From positions 8,032,001-8,096,000 of the forward strand of contig OZ240241.1 in the NCBI GenBank assembly GCA_965198115.1: a DNA stretch of 64,000 nucleotides, written 5' to 3'. A model generated the notes under the pieces. It was not told the DNA's origin and ran no database searches. It saw nothing but the letters and a program-made list of their open reading frames with translations. Every line of letters begins with the position of its first letter. The stretch's first letter is position 1. Positions 19,590 to 29,064 of the stretch are shown here, in pieces. The position numbers and the translations under genes are program-made. The DNA comes from Candidatus Latescibacterota bacterium (GTDB lineage Bacteria; Latescibacterota; UBA2968).

Positions 19590-21467
19590 TTACCCTCCCA
19601 ATCCGACCATCGACGTCACCTGAAAGACCGCGAAGGCTCCGACATAGGCGAGGATCGTCATGTACATGAAGGAGAACCCCGCCCATCCCCACGATCCGGA
19701 TTCGCGGCGTATGACCGCCAGCGTCGACGAGCATTGAGCGCATAGCGCAAAGAAAACCATCACCGACAGCGCGACCGGAATCGTGAACGCGGGGCTTCCG
19801 TCTTCCCGCCGCGCATCGATCAGCGCGCTCTTCAGCGATTCCACGTCCTCGCCTCGATCCTCCACGCTGTAGATCGTCGCCAAAGAAGCCACGACAATCT
19901 CCCGAGCAGGAAAAGCGCTCAAAGAGGCAACCGCCAAACGCCAGTCCCACCCAAGGGGTTCGACGGCCGGCTCGATCAGACGTCCCGCCCGACCGAGGAA
20001 GCTGTTTCGGAGGACGGCAGTCTCATCAGCCCCGCCCCGCGGAAACGTGGCAAGCGCCCAGATAATCAATGAAGCAACGAAGATGACCGTGCCCGCCCGG
20101 CGCAGAAAAGCGTGGCACGCGTGGTAGACGCGAAGCCAGATCGTGCGCGCGTTCGGAACCTTGTAGGATGGCAGTTCCATCAGGAAAGGACCGGACGTTC
20201 CTCTGAGCGTCGATCGCTTCAGGATCCTCGCCACGGGTATGGCGACGACGATTCCCAACAGGTAGAGTCCCATCATCGTCAGACCCTGAAGGCCAATCCA
20301 CCCACCGATCGCAATGTTCGGGATGAACGCCGCGATGAACAGCGTATACACCGGAAGACGAGCCGAGCAACTCATAAGCGGAGCGACGAGGATCGTAGCC
20401 AGTCGATCTCTCCGGTCTTCGATCGTTCGGGCGGCCATGATGCCCGGCACCGCACAGGCGAAACTGCAAAGCATGGGAATGACCGAACGACCGGACAGAC
20501 CGCACCACCGCATCAGACGGTCCATCAACAAAGCCGCCCTCGGCATGTAGCCACAATCTTCCAGGACCGAAATCGCGAAGAACAGGAAGGCGATCTGAGG
20601 AAGGAAAATCACGACGCTGCCGACACCCGCGACCGCTCCGTCGACCACCAGACTTCGCACGAGACCTCGCGGGACGTAAGCACCGATCCAGTGCCCCAGT
20701 GTCGCCACCGTTCGGTCGATCACATCCATCACCGGCGCCGACCAGCTGAAAATGGCTTGGAAGACGATCAGCATGACGGCGAAGAAAACGACGGATCCGT
20801 AAACGGGATGGGTCACAACCCGGTCGACACGATCGGAACGACTGTCGAAGAGTCCCTCCGGGCGGGTGACGGCTCCGTCGAGAATCGTGTCGATCCAAGT
20901 CTCCGAATCAGACTCGGGTGAGGACATCGGTTTCCGGGGCGATCGTAAGCAGGCGATCAGGTCCTCGATACCCTCGCGTCGAGTGGCGCAGACCTCCACC
21001 ACGTCGATTCCAAGACGGGCAGCGATGCGTGCACAGTCGACGGCAATACCCTTCTGTCGGCCGATATCGACCATGTTGATGGCCAGAACGCAGGGCAGAC
21101 CCGTTTGCACGACCTCGGCAACGAGGTTGAAGTTTCTTTTCAGATGAACAGCGTCGACGACAATCAGGACTGCGGAGAGGGGACGCTCGTCTTCGAGCCG
21201 GTTTTGGAGGACTTCCCCGACGACTCTTTCGTCGGGCGAACGACCCGTAAGCGTGTAGCTCCCGGGAAGGTCAAGGAGGTCGAGGTGGAATCGGTCGGCT
21301 ACACGGAGGCTGCCTTGTTTGCGCTCGACCGTCACACCCGCGTAGTTGCCGACCCGCTGATGCATTCCGGTCAGAGCATTAAAAAGGGTCGTCTTACCCG
21401 TATTTGGGTTTCCGACGACCCCGATGAGTGGCGACTCGGTGTCCGCCTCTTTAAGGGAAGGGTTCAC
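19590..21467 (-). CDS. feoB: Ferrous iron transporter B
   Basis: GNPNTGKT, NYAGVT, DLPG and NMVD GTPase motifs; LEDCGYMPR and MSCSARLP gate motifs. Confidence 0.95.
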   Translation of the reverse strand: MNPSLKEADTESPLIGVVGNPNTGKTTLFNALTGMHQRVGNYAGVTVERKQGSLRVADRFHLDLLDLPGSYTLTGRSPDERVVGEVLQNRLEDERPLSAVLIVVDAVHLKRNFNLVAEVVQTGLPCVLAINMVDIGRQKGIAVDCARIAARLGIDVVEVCATRREGIEDLIACLRSPRKPMSSPESDSETWIDTILDGAVTRPEGLFDSRSDRVDRVVTHPVYGSVVFFAVMLIVFQAIFSWSAPVMDVIDRTVATLGHWIGAYVPRGLVRSLVVDGAVAGVGSVVIFLPQIAFLFFAISVLEDCGYMPRAALLMDRLMRWCGLSGRSVIPMLCSFACAVPGIMAARTIEDRRDRLATILVAPLMSCSARLPVYTLFIAAFIPNIAIGGWIGLQGLTMMGLYLLGIVVAIPVARILKRSTLRGTSGPFLMELPSYKVPNARTIWLRVYHACHAFLRRAGTVIFVASLIIWALATFPRGGADETAVLRNSFLGRAGRLIEPAVEPLGWDWRLAVASLSAFPAREIVVASLATIYSVEDRGEDVESLKSALIDARREDGSPAFTIPVALSVMVFFALCAQCSSTLAVIRRESGSWGWAGFSFMYMTILAYVGAFAVFQVTSMVGLGG

Positions 21468-21769
21468 GCAGCACGTGCTTCAGCGACCACGGGTTCTACC
21501 GTGATCCGCCGAGCATCTTCCTCCCTCAGACAAAACCGGCCCCCCTCGGTGTGCACGACCACAGCTGTCCCGCGTCGTAGGAGACGCACAGCGACACCCG
21601 GCACGATTCCGACGGCGCGAAGCCGATCCGATAAACCGTTCGATGAGTCGATCGCTAACACGGTCGCCAGTTCCTGAGTCTGGAGGTGGTTCAGATGAAG
21701 CGGTTTATCATTTTGGCGCAGATCGTCATCAACCAGCCGGATGAACCCTAACACGTCGTTTCTCCTCAT
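21464..21769 (-). CDS. feoA: Ferrous iron transport protein A
   Basis: RLRAVGIVPGVAV...FCLREEDARRITV; 4-bp overlap with feoB. Start is uncertain. Confidence 0.85.
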   Translation of the reverse strand: MRRNDVLGFIRLVDDDLRQNDKPLHLNHLQTQELATVLAIDSSNGLSDRLRAVGIVPGVAVRLLRRGTAVVVHTEGGRFCLREEDARRITVEPVVAEARAA

Positions 21770-21820
21770 TATAATAGATCCATGGGCGAGCAGCGGCCCA
21801 CAATTAGCCTTGCAAAGCGG

Positions 21821-21880
21821 TTGTTTGGCTAATCAAACATCTGGTGACTGAACAATACCGCACCCTTTGGACCGTGTCAA
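21821..21880 (-). promoter_or_regulatory. Sigma70 promoter plus palindromic operator for feoAB
   Basis: TTGACA-17-TATTGT on the minus strand (21880-21852); palindrome TGTTTG-N6-CAAACA at 21822-21839. Confidence 0.8.
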
Positions 21881-21894
21881 CAAGAATGTGGTCC

Positions 21895-22374
21895 TTATCC
21901 GAGATCCCGGTCGACCAGAAACAGACCGTATTTGTCGTCGCCCACGAGCTTTAGCTTTTGAACGATGTCTCCAACGTGCGCCTCTTCCTCGACCTGGCGT
22001 TCCACAAACCATCTTAAAAAGTTGTCCGTCGCGTGGTCGCGCTCCGCTAGGGCCACATCAACGAGGTCATTGATCATTCCGCTAGCCCGTTGCTCCTCTT
22101 CATAAGAATCCAGGATCGCGACAATCGGAGACTCCCACCTGTCCGGGGGTTCGGAGATCAGATGGAGACCCACCTTGCACCCGCGTTCGTGAATGAAATC
22201 GTAGATGCGGAGCGCGTGACCTCGTTCTTCCTGGTACTGGCTCCGTGCCCACTTGGCAAAGCCGTTCAGGTTCTCCACCCGAAAGTAGGACTCCATCGCG
22301 AGGTAATGATACGCGGAGTGAAACTCGTGGTTCATCTGGGTGTTCAGTGCATCCAGAACCTTCTCGTTGATCAT
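21895..22374 (-). CDS. ftnA: Non-heme ferritin 1
   Basis: HEFHSAYHY, EERGHA and WFVERQVEEE ferroxidase motifs. Confidence 0.95.
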   Translation of the reverse strand: MINEKVLDALNTQMNHEFHSAYHYLAMESYFRVENLNGFAKWARSQYQEERGHALRIYDFIHERGCKVGLHLISEPPDRWESPIVAILDSYEEEQRASGMINDLVDVALAERDHATDNFLRWFVERQVEEEAHVGDIVQKLKLVGDDKYGLFLVDRDLG

Positions 22375-22553
22375 TTCGACCCCCAGAACTCCGTGGTCAA
22401 ACGTTTACCCGCTCAGCGAAAGTGTAGGGACCGAAGACAGAAGGTCAAGGAAAAAGTCGTCTTCACCAGCCGGCGAAACGGTTTTGTCCCTCGTAACGTT
22501 TTGTGTATACTGGAACCTCTTGCGCTCCAGTATTTAGTACGATGGAGAAGATC

Positions 22554-23081
22554 ATGATCTCCGACAGAATGTTGCAGGCCCTGAACGATCATCTGAACAT
22601 CGAATTCCAGGCGGCCTACTATTATCTGGCTATGTCTGCCTTTTTCCTGCGGAAGGATTTCAACGGCTTCGCACAATGGATGCGCGCGCAGCACGGCGAG
22701 GAAATGGTCCACGCCATGAAGTTCTACGACTTCATCGACGATCGGGACGGCGCGATCGAGATGAAGCCGATTCAGGGCGAAGAAACGGCCTGGGACAGCC
22801 CCCTCCACGCCTTCGAAAGCGCGCTGGCTCGCGAGCGAGACGTCACTTCTAAAATTTACGATCTGGTGGACCTGAGTCACGAACTACGCGATCACGCCTC
22901 GAACACGTTTCTCCAATGGTTCGTGACCGAGCAGGTCGAAGAAGAGGCCACGGCCACGGACATCATCCAGCAGCTCAAGCTGATCGGTGACGACGGAAAT
23001 GGGCTCTTTATGCTCGATCGGGAACTGGGTCAAAGAAGCGGCGTCACCGCCGAAGACGAAGCTGGCGCACATCCGGCCTGA
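22554..23081 (+). CDS. ftnA: Non-heme ferritin 2
   Basis: IEFQAAYYY, EEMVHA and WFVTEQVEEE; RBS GGAG. Confidence 0.95.
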   Translation: MISDRMLQALNDHLNIEFQAAYYYLAMSAFFLRKDFNGFAQWMRAQHGEEMVHAMKFYDFIDDRDGAIEMKPIQGEETAWDSPLHAFESALARERDVTSKIYDLVDLSHELRDHASNTFLQWFVTEQVEEEATATDIIQQLKLIGDDGNGLFMLDRELGQRSGVTAEDEAGAHPA

Positions 23082-23187
23082 GCGTACGAGGGTCAGTATC
23101 AGAAGAGCTATCCCATGCGCCGACCATGAGAGCTTGTTACTAAACAGCATGGATCTAGCCTAAATGCAGTCTTTACAAGATGATTTG

Positions 23188-23216
23188 TTGACAAAGCCAC
23201 ACTGCGGTATTATCTT
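23188..23216 (+). promoter_or_regulatory. Sigma70 promoter of the sigma54 activator gene
   Basis: TTGACA-17-TATCTT. Confidence 0.7.
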
Positions 23217-23278
23217 GCTTAATATTCTCCATCGAAGCACCTGTCCCGTTCCCCACGGGAACCATTCCCCCGGCTAAC

Positions 23279-24261
23279 ATGTCAGACTTCAGCCGTGTCA
23301 TCGGCAAGAGCCCTGTAATCCAGGAACTCCTCGATCTTATTGAGCGCGTCACGAGGAATCCTGAGATTTCGGTCTTGATCTGCGGGGAAAGCCAGGACTT
23401 CTTTGCCGGTTCCTGGCCAGAACGATTCACGAGAACAGCGCGGTCGGCGACGAGTTGTTCGTCGAAGTCAACTGCGCCGTCATTCCCGAGCATCTGCTCG
23501 AGTCCGAGTTGTTCGGATACGAAAAGGGCGCCTACACCGGTGCCGATCGTCGAAAACGTGGACTTTTCGAGTTGGCCGACGGTGGCACACTCCTGCTCGA
23601 CGAGATCGGCTACATGAGCTTGGCGCTCCAGGCGAAGCTTCTCAAAGCGATCGAAGAAAAGACCTTTCGCCGCCTGGACCTGGGTGGCGAGCTCGAAGTC
23701 CAGGTCAAGGCACGCATCATCGCCAGCACGAACATCGACCTCGAAGCGGCAATGTCCGAGCAGAATTTTCGCGATGACCTTTACTATCGGCTGAATGAAA
23801 TCCAGATCACCTTACCGCCGCTACGGGAGCGTGGTGAGGACGTCATTCTCCTGGCGGAAAACTTCATAGAGGAATTCGCACGGACGTATAAACTCGGTCA
23901 ACGAACCCTGGCCGAGACGTCCAAGCAGCTGCTACGAGAATATCACTGGCCGGGTAACGTACGCGAGCTCCGGAACGCAATTAAACGTGCGATGATCATG
24001 CACGACGCAGAGACGCTGCAACCCGACATGGTGCCGGTCAGTATTCGCACCACGAATTCGTTGGCCACACAGCGTTGGAACAGCAATCAGCTCGTGATTG
24101 ACATACCCGACGACGGCGTTACCTTTGAGGAAGTCGAAAGACGCGTCATCGAGCACACGCTCAAGTCGACCGACTGGAACAAGAACAGATCAGCGAGGAT
24201 GCTGAAGATTTCCCGACCTCGCCTGCTTCGAAAGATCGAAAAATACGAACTTGAACCATAG
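23279..24261 (+). pseudogene. Sigma54-dependent enhancer-binding protein (AAA+ and Fis HTH), frameshifted at Walker A
   Basis: VIGKSP...VLICGES in frame 2; VNCA, ESELFG, GAYTGA, LLLDEIG, WPGNVREL and HTH in frame 1. Confidence 0.9.
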
Positions 24262-24579
24262 ACTCTGCTAAGGAGGTGAAAAGCAGCCGCGGCAGTCCGG
24301 TCCGGTTCCCCTACTCGACCTGCAAAATCTTCCAGACCCCACAACGTGTCCATCGCGACCCATCACATCCGCCCCCCACGGCGGGTGGGGTAGCAAAACC
24401 CTGCGACACGGCGGAAGAAGCGAATTCCTCTTAGAATCCCCGTTGGACCCCATTGTTCTGAGCAACTCCCCTCAGACGTGATAGTGAAGTCGATTCGGGA
24501 CCTCGCAGGAGACTCCGGTTTCGGATCGTGCAGATGACCATTGAAGTCGCTTGTTCTACAGCGACTCGGGGGGAAACGA

Positions 24580-25461
24580 ATGCCGTCCACCGTATTGCGT
24601 GGAAAGGATGAGCCCAAGACACCGGGCAGACGACGTTCTGCGCTGGAACTCTATCTCAAAGACATCGCCTACAACACCCTGTTGACACCCCAACAGGAAT
24701 TCGACCTGGCGGTTCGAATACGGGCGGGAGATCGCAAAAGTCTCGACAAAATGGTCGAGTCGAACTTGCGATTTGTGATCACGATCTCCAAAGAATACCA
24801 GGGAAGGGGGCTCCTTCTGGAGGACCTGATCGCCGAGGGGAACGTCGGACTCGTCCGGGCCGCCACCCGCTACGACGAAACCGTCGGCGTCAAGTTCACC
24901 ACCTATGCCGTTTGGTGGATTCGCCAGGGGATCCTTTCCGCTCTCGCGGAAAAGGCACGGATGGTCCGCCTGCCCGTGAACAAGATCAAACACCTCTGTC
25001 GCCTGGAGAGAATCGCGTCGGGTCTCAAACAGGAGCTCGGCCGGGAGCCCACGACCGATGAGGTGGCCAAATCGGCCGAGATGCAGCCTCAACAGATCCA
25101 GGATCTTCTCGACGCCTCGCGCTGGCACGTCTCACTCGATACACCACTCGAAGACGGGCCCGACACGTCTCTGCTCGAAATCATCGAAGATAAAGACGCC
25201 GTCACACCCGAACACGTCGTCATGCACCAGGCCATGGTCGACGAAGTGCGCTCCGCGCTCGAGTCGCTGTCCCCCAGGGAGGCGCAGATCTTGAAGCTTT
25301 ACTTCGGTCTGGACACCGAAGACCCCCTGACGCTCGAGCAGATCGGCAACCAGTTCAGCCTGACCAAGGAGCGTGTGCGTCAGATCCGTGACAAGGCACT
25401 GGCGGCGCTGAAGCACCCCTCTCGAATGCGCAAGATTCGAGTCTACCTGATGGAAAACTGA
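24580..25461 (+). CDS. RNA polymerase sigma70 factor (RpoD/RpoS-like, lacks region 1.1)
   Basis: NLRFV, DLIAEGNVGL, KFTTYAVWWIRQ and TLEQIG...ERVRQI motifs. Confidence 0.95.
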   Translation: MPSTVLRGKDEPKTPGRRRSALELYLKDIAYNTLLTPQQEFDLAVRIRAGDRKSLDKMVESNLRFVITISKEYQGRGLLLEDLIAEGNVGLVRAATRYDETVGVKFTTYAVWWIRQGILSALAEKARMVRLPVNKIKHLCRLERIASGLKQELGREPTTDEVAKSAEMQPQQIQDLLDASRWHVSLDTPLEDGPDTSLLEIIEDKDAVTPEHVVMHQAMVDEVRSALESLSPREAQILKLYFGLDTEDPLTLEQIGNQFSLTKERVRQIRDKALAALKHPSRMRKIRVYLMEN

Positions 25462-25474
25462 GCGGAGCAGAGAC

Positions 25475-25843
25475 GTGTCCTTCGAAGTCCTCGGAATCCA
25501 TCACACCACCCTCGTCGTGTCCGACCTCGATGCGGCGCGCACCTTTTATCGTGACGTGCTGGGCCTGTCGACGATCGATCGACCGGACTATGACTTCGAA
25601 GGCGCGTGGTTCCGGTGCGGCGACATCGAGTTTCATCTGATCGTGGCCGAAGAACACCTCGCGCCATCCAGACGCCACCTCGCCCTCTCCGTCGACGACT
25701 TCGACGGCTGTCTGCAACATCTTCAACGGAACGAGGTGCGACTCGTGGGTGGGCCCGGTACTCGACCCCACAGCGGGCGCTCGTTCGCGTTTTGCAAGGA
25801 CCCGGGTGGCAACCTGATAGAGATCACCGGACCACCCGCCTGA
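25475..25843 (+). CDS. VOC/glyoxalase family protein
   Basis: IHHTTLVVSDL...FYRDVLGL...HLAL...DPGGNLIEI. Confidence 0.9.
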   Translation: MSFEVLGIHHTTLVVSDLDAARTFYRDVLGLSTIDRPDYDFEGAWFRCGDIEFHLIVAEEHLAPSRRHLALSVDDFDGCLQHLQRNEVRLVGGPGTRPHSGRSFAFCKDPGGNLIEITGPPA

Positions 25844-25858
25844 GGGGTCGGACCACGT

Positions 25859-25902
25859 CACAGTAAAGGGGTCGCGGCAGTGTCGCGACCCCCTTTACTG
25901 TG
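25859..25902. terminator. Bidirectional-type hairpin terminator
   Basis: CACAGTAAAGGGGTCGCG...CGCGACCCCCTTTACTGTG between convergent genes. Confidence 0.75.
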
Positions 25903-26088
25903 TGCTATCCCTAGCCTGCTTGTTCTCCGAGCCAATGCTAAGCCTCGAGAAGCCTCTGGCCCAGAAGACGGGTGGGGACGAAGAGAACGGACGTGCCACA
26001 ACGGCTGTGACGGGCGCAACCGTCGACCTGAGGCTACCGACCTCTGCCTTCCGTAACCCTCTCGAGCACGGTTGCCGCGTCGATTAGG

Positions 26089-28869
26089 TCATTCAGCATC
26101 CCGGTCGGAAACCATATAGTGCTCGCGCTGATGCTCCAGCACAGAGGCCGTCACCGCAACGACCGTCGGCACATCTGACCCATACGTTTCCTGCAGGCGC
26201 TCGAGCGTCGACGGTCCGTCCAGTTCGGGCATCAGCATGTCCATGAAAATGATGTCGGGCATTCGATCGGTCACGCGTTCCAGGGCTTTGACCCCGTTTT
26301 CGGCCACTTCCACGTCCACCCCGACTTGCCTCAGGAATCTGGCAAGCAGCTCGCGGTTCGTTTCGACGTCATCCACGACGAGGGCGTGCACCGTAGAGCC
26401 CGGCGCCAAGCGCTCCACTCGGGTCCAACTGGAAGTTTCATCGACTGCGACCGGATCTCGAGCCGGCTCAAAGGGAATCGTGAAGAAGAATCGGGCCCCC
26501 TCGCCCGGCTGCGATTCCAGCTGGATCCGGCCACCCATCAGCTCCACCTGCCGGCTGGCAATCGCTAAACCAAGGCCCGACCCTCCCTCACGAAGCCCCT
26601 CGCTGTCCTGCTGAAACGGTTCGAAGATCGAGACCTGCCTGTCCTGGGCAATACCTGGACCGGTGTCGGAGATGTCGAAAGTGACCTGCCCTTCTTCGAG
26701 AGATGTGACGCGAAGTAAGACTCCACCTTCAACCGTAAATTTGACCGCATTCCCCAGCAGGTTGATCAGCACCTGTCTCAGCTTCCCCTCGTCGCCGTGG
26801 ACGGCCAGGGTTTCGATCTGACTCTCGAAGCACCACGTCAGGTCCTTCTGCGCGCAGCGAACCGCGAACATCGATTCGGTGCTCTGAAGGATCGCCCCCA
26901 GATCGAAGTCGGCGAGGCGCAACACCTCCCGCCCGGCTTCGATCTTCGAAATGTCCAGGATGTCATTGATCAGCGTAAGAAGGTGGTTGCCGCTGTTCTC
27001 GATCGTGACGATCGCTCTCCGCTGCGAATCGCTGACGTCTGGGTCTCCTTCCAGGATCTGCGCGTAGCCGAGGATCGCGTTCAAAGGTGTGCGGATTTCG
27101 TGTGACATGCTCGCCAGGAAGACGCTCTTGGCGTTGTTCGCCTCCTCCGCAGACACCCTTGCCTCCTTCAGCGCCTCTTCGAATCGTTTTCGCTCTGTGA
27201 TATCTCGAAACGTGCCGACGTAGAAATCGTTCTCACCCGTCTCCGCGTGGGTGAGCGACACCTCCATCGGAAACGTCGTGCCATCTTCTCTCCGCCCCAC
27301 CGTCTCACGATGCCCCTCGTGTAGGATGATGTCCGGGATGGTCGATGATCCGGTCCCGTGCCCGTCGAAAAGCATCGTCACGGGCTGACTGACCAGTCGG
27401 TCCTGACTGTAACCGAAAATCAGCTCAGCCGCAGGATTCAGACTCAGGACGGAGAACGTGTCTTTCGCGAAAGTGATCACGCCGTCCATCGCACTGCGAA
27501 CGGTGGCCTCCGTCCTCGCCGTGGCCCGCTCCAGTGCTTCCATCACGGCGTTGTAGCGGTTCGCAATCTGTCCAACTTCCGTAAAGGGTTCGACGGGCAC
27601 GCGCAGATCGAGTTCACCCGTTCGCGACTGATGTTCCATGACCCTGAAGAGGTCGATCAACTCGGTCGTCGCACCGTGTTCGGAGATGTTCAGTCCGTCC
27701 GTCTCCTGTTCGGGCGTCACGCGAAGGGGGGAGAGACGATCGACCAGTCGGAGTACGATGGTGGTCACGCCGAACGCCCACGCACCGCAGACGAGCACCC
27801 CCTCGACCTGCGCCTGAAGCTGCTCCATCAGACCGAGGTTCGTTCCCAGGCGGTCCAGGTCACCGAACAACGCGACGGCGATCGTCCCCCAGATACCAGC
27901 CGCCAAGTGGACGGGAACGGCCCCTACAGCGTCGTCGATCCGGCATCGTTCCAGCAGAACTTCCGCCCCCACCATCACGACACCGCCCACGACGCCGATG
28001 ATCACGGCAGACGGAGTCGAAACCGCGAGAGCACCTGCCGTGATCGCGACGAGTCCCGCCAGCGAACCGTTCAGGATCGAACCCACATCTGCTCGGCCCC
28101 GTCTCAACCACCCCAACCCCATCGCAGCCACGAGCCCCGCACCTCCCGCGAACACCGTGTTGGCGATTACCCCCGGCACGTCTTCGTTCATCGCCAGCGT
28201 GCTGCCACCGTTGAATCCGAACCATCCGAGCCATAGGAGGACCACTCCTAGCGCTGCCGTCGGAAGGTTGGCACCCGGTACCTGACGGGAAGAACCGTCG
28301 TCGGAGAAGCGGCCGGTGCGCGGTCCGATGATCAGCAGGATCGCAAGGGAACACTAGCCGCCCACGCTGTGGACCACCGTCGACCCGGCAAAGTCGAAGA
28401 ACCCACGATGTGCGAGCCACCCGGTTGCCGAAGCGGTCTGGACACCATTCCAGGCCCAGTGCCCGAAAACCGGGTAGACGATGCCCGAAACGACCGCCGC
28501 GACGACAAGGTAGCTGGCAAACCGCATCCGCTCCGCCACTGCACCCGAAACGATCGTTACAGCCGTTCCGCAGAACATCGCCCCGAACAACAGAAAGGCC
28601 GCGGTCCATCCGTTTTCGCCACCGAGGTTCGGGACGAAACTGGAAGTTCCGATCCATCCCGCGCTCGAGGCACCGAACATCAGGCCGTATCCCAGTGCCC
28701 AGTAGAGAACGACCGACATCCCAAGATCGGCAAGGTTCTTCACAGCAACGCTGATGTTGTTCTTGCTGCGAGTCAGACCAGTTTCAAGACAGAGGAATCC
28801 CCCCTGCATCAGGAAGACGAACCCCGCGCAGACCGAGACCCAGAGAATGTCGACCAGCGATTTTTCCAC
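26089..28869 (-). pseudogene. amt: Ammonium transporter-PAS-histidine kinase-receiver fusion with in-frame TAG at 28354-28356
   Basis: FLMQGGF...DFAGSTVVHSVGG*CSL...GPRTGRF...LWLGWFGFNGGS; PAS; FLASMSHEIRTPL; NAVKFT; GLGL; REC (IFMDMLMP) truncated before the KP lysine. Confidence 0.88.
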
Positions 28870-29012
28870 CTGCTTAACCTCAGCTAAGTCTTTATATCGT
28901 TCGTCCTGCTTTGCATTCAGGTCCAACGAGCCTAAAGGTCCGGAAAGCGAACAGACCCTGCAAATGCATATTCCAACAGACTTCGCTCATCTCATTTCCC
29001 ACGGGTACAAGA

Positions 29013-29046
29013 GAAGGGGGTCGCGAATGAATCGCGACCCCTCTTC
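29013..29046 (-). terminator. Hairpin terminator after gcvPB
   Basis: GAAGGGGGTCGCGA-ATGAA-TCGCGACCCCTCTTC. Confidence 0.7.
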
Positions 29047-29064
29047 ACGTGCTCGCCACGATCG

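Noticed and set aside
24433-24446. 13-mer GAATCCCCGTTGG shared with ~51035
   Set aside because: Only two copies, non-palindromic, and in opposite orientation relative to their downstream genes.
2568-28356. Genome-wide TAG reassignment (two TAGs at Trp sites)
   Set aside because: TAG ends many genes at expected positions (1013, 3852, 24261, hflC, alr), and a third internal TAG replaces Gln in an IS copy. Transition mutations explain all of them.
28958-28976. Sigma54-like promoter upstream of amt (TTGGAATATGCATTTGCA)
   Set aside because: GG-GC spacing is 11 nt rather than the required 10.
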